DNA of 64,000 bases from an uncultured Prevotella sp. GTDB lineage: Bacteria; Bacteroidota; Bacteroidia; Bacteroidales; Bacteroidaceae. The stretch covers positions 18,465-82,464 of the forward strand of contig CAJJOL010000009.1 in NCBI GenBank assembly GCA_905193385.1, in the 5' to 3' direction. Positions 30,442 through 37,999 of this stretch are shown one piece after another; the first letter of the stretch is position 1; each line of letters starts with the position of its first letter. The notes below the pieces were generated by a model. It saw only the letters and a list, made by a program, of their open reading frames with translations. It searched no databases and was not told where the DNA came from. The translations under genes and the position numbers were made by a program.

Positions 30442-31608
30442 ATGATAGCCCGTATATTCATATTCATAATACTGGCAACGCTGTTGCCCGACCTCTACAT
30501 TTATCGTCGCTACATACGCCACCGCTTCGACCTCTCGCTCGTGATGCGTCTGTTGTGGTGGATTCCGGGTGCTGCGATGGTGGCGGTGACGCTTGTCTAC
30601 GCCATGATTGACGACTTTGCGCCAGCCAATCTCACGTTGTTCAACATCTATCTGTTCATGCTCGGACTGATAGTGGTGCCCAAGCTGCTGTTCGTATTGT
30701 CGTCGATAGCCGGTCGTGGAGTGCGCCGTATGACGGGAGGCACGCGCAATTGGGGCAACTACTTCGGCCTGCTGCTTGTGCTGGGACAGCTTTACGTGCT
30801 GTTCACGGGTTCGATGACAGGCACCGACCGTCTGCGTGTGCGCCGTGTGACGATAAGTGTGCCCAATCTGCCTAAGTCGTTCGACGGCTATCGCATAGTG
30901 CAGTTCAGCGACATCCACCTCGGTTCGATGCGCAGCGAACTGCTTGAGCGCGCCGTAGAACAGATGAACCGTCAGCGTCCCGACATGATAGCCTTCACTG
31001 GCGACATTCAGAATATGCGCCCCGACGAACTCACGCGTTACACGTCTACGCTGCGTCGGCTGCATGCCAAGGACGGAGTCTACTCCGTATTGGGCAATCA
31101 CGACTACTCGGAGTACGTCCCGAAGTTGCCAATGCGGCAACGCCGGCACAACGAACAGCTCACACGCGAGTTTCACGCCAACGTAGGTTGGCAGCTCTTG
31201 CTCAACGACCACCGCATCATACGGCGTGGTAGCGACTCCATAGTGATTGCGGGCGAGGAGAACGACGGGCTTCCGCCATTCCCAAGCAAAGCCGACCTCA
31301 AGCGCACATTGCGTGGAGTCAGCCCCCGTTCGTTCGTCGTCATGCTTCAGCACGACCCCTCGGCATGGCGCCGTTCGATACTGCCCGGCAGCAATGTGCA
31401 GCTCACCTTGAGCGGACACACGCACGGCGGACAGATGAGTCTGTTCGGATTGCGCCCCACAAACCTGACGGGTCGCGAGGACGACGGACTCTACTATGAG
31501 TCAGGCCGCGCTCTGTTCGTATCCACAGGATTGGGCGGTTTCGTGCCGTTCCGATTCAATATGGATCCAGAAGTGGTGGAGATAACGTTAAGAAGCCCCA
31601 CCCCCTGA
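30442..31608 (+). CDS. Membrane-anchored metallophosphoesterase (calcineurin-like, YkuE-type)
   Basis: Four N-terminal TM helices, then MPP motifs VQFSDIHLG, GDIQN, GNHDY and SGHTHGGQ. Confidence 0.8.
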   Translation: MIARIFIFIILATLLPDLYIYRRYIRHRFDLSLVMRLLWWIPGAAMVAVTLVYAMIDDFAPANLTLFNIYLFMLGLIVVPKLLFVLSSIAGRGVRRMTGGTRNWGNYFGLLLVLGQLYVLFTGSMTGTDRLRVRRVTISVPNLPKSFDGYRIVQFSDIHLGSMRSELLERAVEQMNRQRPDMIAFTGDIQNMRPDELTRYTSTLRRLHAKDGVYSVLGNHDYSEYVPKLPMRQRRHNEQLTREFHANVGWQLLLNDHRIIRRGSDSIVIAGEENDGLPPFPSKADLKRTLRGVSPRSFVVMLQHDPSAWRRSILPGSNVQLTLSGHTHGGQMSLFGLRPTNLTGREDDGLYYESGRALFVSTGLGGFVPFRFNMDPEVVEITLRSPTP

Positions 31609-31638
31609 CCCCTCCCCCGTAGGGAGGGGAGTGGTATG
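31592..31638. repeat. R4 GC-rich hairpin 'CCCCTCCCCCGTAGGGAGGGGAGTGG' overlapping the MPP stop codon
   Basis: AAGCCCCACCCCCTGACCCCTCCCCCGTAGGGAGGGGAGTGGTATG, the same core as at 20625 and (inverted) 21055. Confidence 0.75.
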
Positions 31639-31660
31639 AACTGCTATCTGTAGGAGGCTA

Positions 31661-31684
31661 TGGCGTCCTCGCCGTAGCCTGAGT
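31661..31684. repeat. R3 hairpin repeat copy 2 (GGAGGCTATGGCGTCCTCGCCGTAGCCTGAG)
   Basis: Near-identical to 1124-1157. Confidence 0.75.
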
Positions 31685-31754
31685 AAGCAATAGGGTATGG
31701 CGTGAATCATTACTCATTAAATATAATTCATAAATCATTAAATATTAAAAAGCA

Positions 31755-32516
31755 ATGGTAAAATTAATATACCGTATTTATCAGCTCTTCATAGCTCTTC
31801 CGCTGATAGCCATATACACCGTAATAACAAGTATGATGGTGATCATCGGCTGCGCATTGGGCAACGGTCATTTCTGGGGGTATTATCCCGGCAAGTGGTG
31901 GGCGCAGTTCATTGTGCGTGTGCTTCTGCTGCCCGTAAAGGTAGAGGGACGCGAAAACCTGCAGAAAGGGCAGTCGTATGTGTTCGTAGCCAACCATCAG
32001 GGAGCCTTCGATATATTCCTGATTTACGGTTTCCTGTGCCGCAACTTCAAGTGGATGATGAAGCGCCAGCTGCGCCAGATCCCCCTCGTGGGCAAGGCAT
32101 GCGAGTCTGCCCACCACATATTCGTCGACAAGCGAGGCCCCAGCAAGATACGCGAGACCTACGACCGTGCCCGCAAGACGCTGCAGGGCGGCATGTCGCT
32201 CGTGGTATTTCCCGAAGGAGCACGTACGTTTACGGGTCATATGGGCGTGTTCAAGCGTGGAGCTTTCATGCTGGCAGACGACATCGAGCTGCCCGTAGTG
32301 CCCATCACCATCAACGGCTCGTTCAATGTGATGCCCCGAATGCGCGATATGCGCTGGGTGACATGGCATCCGCTGCGCCTCACCATACACAAGCCTATCA
32401 TGCCGATAGGCAAAGGTCCCGACAACATCAAGCATCTTGAGAGCAAGAGCTACGACGCCGTTATGTCTGGACTGACAAAGGAATACCAGGGATTTGTAGA
32501 AAATCCCGACCAATAA
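31755..32516 (+). CDS. plsC: 1-acyl-sn-glycerol-3-phosphate acyltransferase
   Basis: Acyltransferase motifs VANHQGAFDIF (H-X4-D) and FPEGART. Confidence 0.8.
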   Translation: MVKLIYRIYQLFIALPLIAIYTVITSMMVIIGCALGNGHFWGYYPGKWWAQFIVRVLLLPVKVEGRENLQKGQSYVFVANHQGAFDIFLIYGFLCRNFKWMMKRQLRQIPLVGKACESAHHIFVDKRGPSKIRETYDRARKTLQGGMSLVVFPEGARTFTGHMGVFKRGAFMLADDIELPVVPITINGSFNVMPRMRDMRWVTWHPLRLTIHKPIMPIGKGPDNIKHLESKSYDAVMSGLTKEYQGFVENPDQ

Positions 32517-32571
32517 CCCCTTTCGCAAGAGTCTGACGACGGCTCATCCTACATTTGATAACAACAACAAG

Positions 32572-33411
32572 ATGATTACCAGATGCTATCTTGAGATAAC
32601 CAACGTATGCAATCTCAACTGTGTGTTCTGCCCCAAGACGACGCGCACGAAGCACACAATGACTTTGGACGAATTCGACACGCTCACCGACCGACTTGCA
32701 GGCGAGGTGAAGTTCTTGTATTTCCACCTTATGGGCGAGCCTTTTCTGCATCCCCATCTGGCGCAGTTCATCGGTATGGCAAGGCTCAAAGGCTTCGTCC
32801 CGATACTCACCACCAACGGCACTTTGCTCTCGCAGCGCACCGATATTCTTGAAGCTTTGCCCCACAAAATCCAGATTTCGCTCCACTCGCACGAGGGCAA
32901 CGGCAAGGCAGACCTACAGCAATACATCGACGAAGTGATGGCGTTTGCCATTGAAGCCGCCCGCCGTGGGTGCATCATCGTGCTGCGTCTGTGGAACGAA
33001 GGCGGACACAACAGCCTTAACCAGGCCATTCTTGACATGATAGCCAGCCATCAGCCGCGCCCGTGGACTGAACGTCACGACGGCTGGCGCATTGCCGTAA
33101 ATCTCTACATCGAGAACGACAACATGTTCGAATGGCCCGACCTGCAATGCGCCCCCACTGCCGAGGAGGAAGTGTTCTGCTACGCCCTGCGCAATCAGAT
33201 TGGCGTAATGGTAGACGGAACGGTTGTGCCGTGCTGTCTCGACCACAACGGCGACATGCCGCTGGGCAACCTCTACGAGCACAGCCTTGAACATATCCTC
33301 TCGTCCACACGCGCCGACGCCATCTATCAGGGCTTCACCAATCACACAGCCGTAGAACCTCTGTGCCAACGCTGCGGCTATTCGGCAGTGTCGAAGCGGT
33401 TCAGAAAGTAA
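32572..33411 (+). CDS. Radical SAM protein with C-terminal SPASM/twitch-like Cys cluster
   Basis: CNLNCVFC (CX3CX2C) near the N-terminus. C-terminal VVPCCLDHNGDMPLGNLYEHSLEHIL...CQRCGY auxiliary-cluster motif. Confidence 0.7.
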   Translation: MITRCYLEITNVCNLNCVFCPKTTRTKHTMTLDEFDTLTDRLAGEVKFLYFHLMGEPFLHPHLAQFIGMARLKGFVPILTTNGTLLSQRTDILEALPHKIQISLHSHEGNGKADLQQYIDEVMAFAIEAARRGCIIVLRLWNEGGHNSLNQAILDMIASHQPRPWTERHDGWRIAVNLYIENDNMFEWPDLQCAPTAEEEVFCYALRNQIGVMVDGTVVPCCLDHNGDMPLGNLYEHSLEHILSSTRADAIYQGFTNHTAVEPLCQRCGYSAVSKRFRK

Positions 33412-33446
33412 GGAAAAGAGGCATTGAAAAACGTAAGGGGAGGTGC

Positions 33447-33675
33447 GTCAAAAGTCAATTATACGGGCTGAAAGCCCAATAAGCTCATAGCCCAGGGCAC
33501 CGCCCTGAGTGTACGGATTGATAAAAGCAAAACGCCCTGTAGGGGCAAAAGCATTGATAATTAACGCTTTTGCCCCTACAGGGCGCATTGTTATTTGTGA
33601 TACTTTTACCCAGGGCGTTGCCCTGGGCTATGTGCTTCTGCCCCTTCGGGGCGTGCTGCTTTGACTTTTGACACT
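33447..33675. repeat. R2 long-palindrome element copy 2 (inverted relative to copy 1)
   Basis: GTCAAAAGTCAATTATACGGGCTGAAAGCCC...GCCCTGTAGGGGCAAAAGCATTGATAATTAACGCTTTTGCCCCTACAGGGC...TTTGACTTTTGACAC. Confidence 0.8.
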
Positions 33676-33736
33676 CCCTCCAGTGCAGTCTGTCGTTACA
33701 TTCTTATATGTAGTTATTTACACCGCAGCTTGCTCA

Positions 33737-33768
33737 GGCATATGGCGTCCCCGCCATAACCTCCTACA
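33737..33768. repeat. R3 hairpin repeat copy 3 (inverted)
   Basis: GGCATATGGCGTCCCCGCCATAACCTCC. The preceding CACCGCAGCTTGCTCAGG matches the sequence upstream of R2 copy 1. Confidence 0.7.
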
Positions 33769-33980
33769 GTTAGATTTTATTAAAGTTATTGTGACATTCC
33801 TGCTTTCTGAAGAACCGGATTCCAGTGTCCCGCCAGTGCTTTCTAACCAATGCAAATATAATACAGACAGTAAAAAACTGTTACAAAATAAAAAACGATT
33901 CTGGAGATTTTCAGAGTCGTTTTTTATGCTTTTTACCCCCCGAACCCCTCTTTCACCCCAATATTACTGATTTTCTATAG

Positions 33981-34112
33981 CAAAACGACTGCATTAGCCG
34001 TCTAAAACGACTCCTTTTGCCATGTAAAACGACAACTATTGACTGGCAAAAGGAGTCGTTTGGCAAGGCTAAAGTTGTCCTTTTGCCATCAAAAGGAGCC
34101 TTTTTGCAATTG
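33981..34112. repeat. R1 palindromic tandem array, locus 5 (variant unit AAAACGACTCCTTTTGCCA)
   Basis: CAAAACGACTGCATTAGCCGTCTAAAACGACTCCTTTTGCCATGTAAAACGAC...GGCAAAAGGAGTCGTTTGGCAAGG...CAAAAGGAGCCTTTTTGCAA. Confidence 0.75.
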
Positions 34113-34425
34113 CGAAGATTGCACACTTTGGTTACTACACGACGCAAACCGTTGTGTATAAGCACGATACCGCTGCTCGCCCAAAACTCAAGAATTTCGG
34201 GCAAAACATTTCGTCGTGCGCTCAACTCGCAGTTTTGAGCGCTTGAAAATGCAAATATCGTACTGCCGACACAGATTTCTAAACATATAAAAATGGTTCA
34301 TCCTAATTTGAAGTGATTCAATTATGAACCTATAAGTAGCGGAGGTCTCTGGCCTCCGCAGCACCAAGTCGAATACAAATCATCATTACTAATAATAGTG
34401 TTTGCATCATTGATTGCTGAGGGTG

Positions 34426-34655
34426 AGTCAAGAGTCACAGCAGTACGCCCCAAAGGGGCAGAAGCCCATAGCCCAGGGCAACACCCTGGGTGAAAGTATC
34501 ACAAATACCAATGCACCCTGCAAGGGCAAAAGCGTTAATTATCAATGCTTTTGCCCTTGCAGGGCGTTTTGCTGTTTTCAATCCGTACACCCAAGGCGCT
34601 ACCTTGGGCTATGTGCTTTTGGGGCTTTCAGCCCGCTTTGTTTGACTTTTGACAT
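34426..34655. repeat. R2 long-palindrome element copy 3 (same orientation as copy 1, few mismatches)
   Basis: Aligns base-for-base with 1217-1446 apart from a handful of substitutions. Confidence 0.85.
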
Positions 34656-34789
34656 ATCCGCTACTATATAAACTTGTTACATTATAATAATAAACTACTA
34701 TTATCACTCCATTTTACGGATACCCATAAAAATGCCTGTCTTGCATAAGATTTTCATTCTAAAAGTAGTGATTATCTCTGATTTTGTTT

Positions 34790-34797
34790 ACCTTTGC
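34790..34797 (+). promoter_or_regulatory. Orphan -7 box TACCTTTG, ~260 nt upstream of the kinase gene with no ORF immediately downstream
   Basis: GTTTACCTTTGCCACATGTC. Could drive a long 5' leader or an unannotated small RNA. Confidence 0.3.
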
Positions 34798-35059
34798 CAC
34801 ATGTCAGATATTCTTTACTGAACTTTAGCAAGTTCAGAGAATTCTGTAGTTAAAGGAGTTAAGAAGTTCTTGCAAGCAAGCGGCAAAGCCGAGCGAAGCC
34901 AAATGTTTATAATGCTATATCAAGCAAAACTAATGGCTTAACTCCTTAGCGACCGTAGGGCGCGAATACTCCTTAACTTCTTAACTACTTTCGCTTGCGA
35001 AATTTTAATTCTTTATTTGAGTTTTAAGCAGCGCTAAGATTTAATAAAAAACCACGCTA

Positions 35060-36886
35060 ATGAGAAAATTACTGCCATTACTGCTTGCACTTTTGATGCT
35101 TGCATGCAACAGAACCGAACACAATTCAGCGTCCGACCCCGCTTACGCCATGCTCGAACGTGTAGCCGAACTCAACGCCGGAGGTGACAAGCCAGGCGCA
35201 TTGGCCCTTGCCGACAGTGCCCTGCTGATGCACCCGGCGGACACTACCCGATGCTGGCTTTTGAGCGAAAAGGCAGTGACGCTTGTCGACATGGGGCGTA
35301 TGGCTGATGCCGTAGGCGTGGCTCAGGGCGCTTACCGTCTGGCAGAGAAGCTGCATGACGTGGACGCCATGCTCAATCTGCGTGGCACTATGGGCATAGC
35401 CTACCGCAGGCTGGGCAAGACCGACTCGGCTCTGGTGCAGTATAAGGAAGGCATACAGATGGCGCTTGCCGAGCACAACGCCGAATATGAGATATATCTG
35501 AACAATTGTGTCACGGTGCTTTACTCCGAAAGCAACCGCTTTGCTGAGGCTCTTCACTATGCCGCAAAGACCGAAAAGGCTGCCCTTGCAGCCAACGACA
35601 CCATACAACGGTTGTCGGCACGTGCCAATATCGGAGGCATATATCTGAGGCAGAACCGGTACCAGTCGGCGCTCAATGCTATGCTGCCGTGCTGGCAGGA
35701 GGTGAAGAGCGTGGGCTATAACGTGCTCACGCTGAAGTTTCTTTCTATCATTCTGAAGTCGTACAGCTCATTGGGCGACTATCAATCCGTGGCACAATAC
35801 ATGCAATATGCCGACCGTGTGATGGACGGAATGGCTGCCGGCAGCAACGGAGTTTTGGGCATTCTTGAGATTAAGGCCGATCTTCTTGGCAAGCAACATA
35901 GATACGCCGAGCAGCTGGCACTTGTAGACAGCATCATCGCCAGCGGCACACATAACCAGGCAATGCCGCTTGACAAGATGCTGCGCATGAAAGCCCAGTG
36001 TCTCGAAAACATGCATCGCAACGCCGAGGCGCTCTCGTTCATGAACCGTGCCTTTGCCGTGCTCGACTCGGTAAAGCAAAGCGACATAGAGAAAAGCATG
36101 AGCGAATTTACGGTGAAATACAAGACACTGGAGACGGAGATGGCTCTGGCTGAATCCAGACGCGAGACTGCCGAGAAGGCAAACCAGGTGCTGTGGCTTG
36201 TGGTGGCGGTAGTGTTGCTGCTGGGAGTGGTTGGCATTATGCTCTATCGCAGGTGCATAGCCGCACAGCGGGCGTTGCTGCACGAGAAGCAGAGCTACAT
36301 CGACGGGCTTGAGAGCGAGCGTGAGCGCATAGCCAAGGATCTGCATGACGGCGTGTGCAACGACATCCTCGCCACCAAACTGCTGCTCGCCACCGACAGC
36401 ATTCATGCCGAGCAGTATCTCGACGACGTTTGGCGCAACGTGCGCCAGTTGTCGCACGAGCTTATGCCTCCATGTTTCTCGACGCTCGCACTCGACGCAG
36501 TGGTGCGCTCGTATGTAGCCGCCATCAGCCGTAACGGCAGTCGCGACATTTCGCTCAATATCGACACTGCGTTCGATTGGGGCAGTCTGCCGCAACAGGT
36601 GGCTTACGAGATATACCGCATCATACAGGAGTCGACAGCCAATGCCATGAAATACGGCGACCATACAGGCATAGACATATCGCTGACCGTCAACGACGGC
36701 AACCTGAGCGTATGCGTTGCCAACGGCATAGGCACCCGTCCGGCTGACGGCAGGCACACCTCCAATCATGGCATAGGACAGCAGACGCTGCAGAAACGTG
36801 CCGACCGCATCGGTGCAAAGCTTACTGTAGATGAGGCTGACATGCGCCATAGGCTTATGCTCATTTACCGAATCACCACCGTATAA
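35060..36886 (+). CDS. Sensor histidine kinase: periplasmic TPR repeats, one TM, HisKA_3 dimerisation domain, HATPase_c
   Basis: Signal/TPR region, TM VLWLVVAVVLLLGVVGIML, H-box ERERIAKDLHDGVCNDIL, ATP-binding ESTANAMKYG...GIG. Confidence 0.8.
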   Translation: MRKLLPLLLALLMLACNRTEHNSASDPAYAMLERVAELNAGGDKPGALALADSALLMHPADTTRCWLLSEKAVTLVDMGRMADAVGVAQGAYRLAEKLHDVDAMLNLRGTMGIAYRRLGKTDSALVQYKEGIQMALAEHNAEYEIYLNNCVTVLYSESNRFAEALHYAAKTEKAALAANDTIQRLSARANIGGIYLRQNRYQSALNAMLPCWQEVKSVGYNVLTLKFLSIILKSYSSLGDYQSVAQYMQYADRVMDGMAAGSNGVLGILEIKADLLGKQHRYAEQLALVDSIIASGTHNQAMPLDKMLRMKAQCLENMHRNAEALSFMNRAFAVLDSVKQSDIEKSMSEFTVKYKTLETEMALAESRRETAEKANQVLWLVVAVVLLLGVVGIMLYRRCIAAQRALLHEKQSYIDGLESERERIAKDLHDGVCNDILATKLLLATDSIHAEQYLDDVWRNVRQLSHELMPPCFSTLALDAVVRSYVAAISRNGSRDISLNIDTAFDWGSLPQQVAYEIYRIIQESTANAMKYGDHTGIDISLTVNDGNLSVCVANGIGTRPADGRHTSNHGIGQQTLQKRADRIGAKLTVDEADMRHRLMLIYRITTV

Positions 36887-36910
36887 TCACACCTTAACCA
36901 ATTGAAAACA

Positions 36911-37528
36911 ATGACAATACTCATCGTCGACGACCACCCCATAGTGCTCAAGGGCATACATGCCCTGCTGGCTTCGTCGTTTGCCGAAGCCCATATCATC
37001 GATGCTGCAGGGGTGGGGGAGGCTGAACAGATGCTCAACCGACACAAGGTTGACATCCTTATAACCGATCTCGACCTCAACGGCGAAAGCGGCTCCATGC
37101 TCATAGAGCACGTCCGCAACGTTCAGCCAGCCACACAGGTGGCTATATATACCATGCACGAAGAGCCATGGTCGGTAGGCGAAATAGCCGATATGGACAC
37201 CGAGGCGGTGGTGATGAAGAGCGACAACGCTGCGGAACTGCTCATGGCAGTCAGGAGTCTTTGTGCCGGCAAAGGCTACTATAGTCCAACCTTCTTCCGG
37301 CTGCTCAATTCATTGAAGCGCCACCCCGATCGTCTGTCCGACCGTGAGAAGCAGGTAGTCGGTCTAACGGCAATGGGACTCTCTGCCGCTGACATGGCTT
37401 CAAGGCTTGGCATAAGTACCAATACCGTGGAGTTTCATCGCCGTCGTATCATGCAGAAACTCAATGTAGCCAACGCTGCCGAAATGATTAGCCGGGCAAC
37501 GGAATTGGGCTTGAAGGCAAACATCTGA
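36911..37528 (+). CDS. Response regulator, NarL/LuxR family (REC + HTH)
   Basis: ILIVDDHP receiver start. C-terminal LuxR HTH LSDREKQVVGLTAMGLSAADMASRLGISTNTVEFHRRRIMQKL. Confidence 0.85.
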   Translation: MTILIVDDHPIVLKGIHALLASSFAEAHIIDAAGVGEAEQMLNRHKVDILITDLDLNGESGSMLIEHVRNVQPATQVAIYTMHEEPWSVGEIADMDTEAVVMKSDNAAELLMAVRSLCAGKGYYSPTFFRLLNSLKRHPDRLSDREKQVVGLTAMGLSAADMASRLGISTNTVEFHRRRIMQKLNVANAAEMISRATELGLKANI

Positions 37529-37599
37529 TGCCGGGTTTTTATAAAGCGTTTTATGTCGGTCGGACAGCGGTTCGGCCGACTACGGAAAACCATAGCCGA

Positions 37600-37641
37600 C
37601 CCCCTACCAAAAACCATAGTTCTTAGTTTTTGGTAGGGGGT
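37600..37641 (+). terminator. Terminator hairpin after the response regulator
   Basis: CCCCCTACCAAAAACCATAGTTCTTAGTTTTTGGTAGGGGG, a perfect 15-bp stem. Confidence 0.6.
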
Positions 37642-37680
37642 TACTGTGTTTAAAGGACTATATTTACTATTTTTTTTCTA

Positions 37681-37688
37681 TACCTTTG
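37681..37688 (+). promoter_or_regulatory. -7 box TACCTTTG
   Basis: TAnnTTTG ~37 nt upstream of the ATG at 37726. Confidence 0.45.
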
Positions 37689-37725
37689 TGTCGAAACAGT
37701 GTACTCATTATCAAATACCAGCTAC

Positions 37726-37944
37726 ATGAATACCGATATAAAGAACAGTATCACCGAACGCGAAAAGGAGATATTAAGTCTGCTCGCCATAGGGCTTAGC
37801 AGCAAAGAGATTTCGGAAAAGTTGTTCATATCTCCACATACCGTGGAGTATCATCGCCGACAACTGCTCAAGAAGACGAAATCACGAAACATCGCACAGC
37901 TCATCGGAACCGTTTATCGTATGGGAATACTGAGAGTGTTGTAG
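37726..37944 (+). CDS. Stand-alone LuxR-type HTH transcriptional regulator (no receiver domain)
   Basis: TEREKEILSLLAIGLSSKEISEKLFISPHTVEYHRRQLLKKT, a GerE/LuxR HTH. 72 aa. Confidence 0.7.
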   Translation: MNTDIKNSITEREKEILSLLAIGLSSKEISEKLFISPHTVEYHRRQLLKKTKSRNIAQLIGTVYRMGILRVL

Positions 37945-37999
37945 TCCGGTTGCCGGACAGAAGTAATTGTATTTATCAAAACTTAATATACGATGTAAT

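Noticed and set aside
30421-31425. 334-aa minus-strand ORF overlapping the metallophosphoesterase gene
   Set aside because: His/Arg-rich low-complexity translation antisense to a + strand ORF that carries clear MPP motifs. Typical shadow ORF in a GC-rich codon-position-3 gene.
31764-32528. 254-aa minus-strand ORF antisense to plsC
   Set aside because: No motifs. The + strand frame has the HX4D and FPEGAR acyltransferase motifs.
35768-36850. 360-aa minus-strand ORF antisense to the sensor kinase
   Set aside because: The kinase H-box and ATP-binding motifs are on the + strand. The antisense translation lacks any motif.
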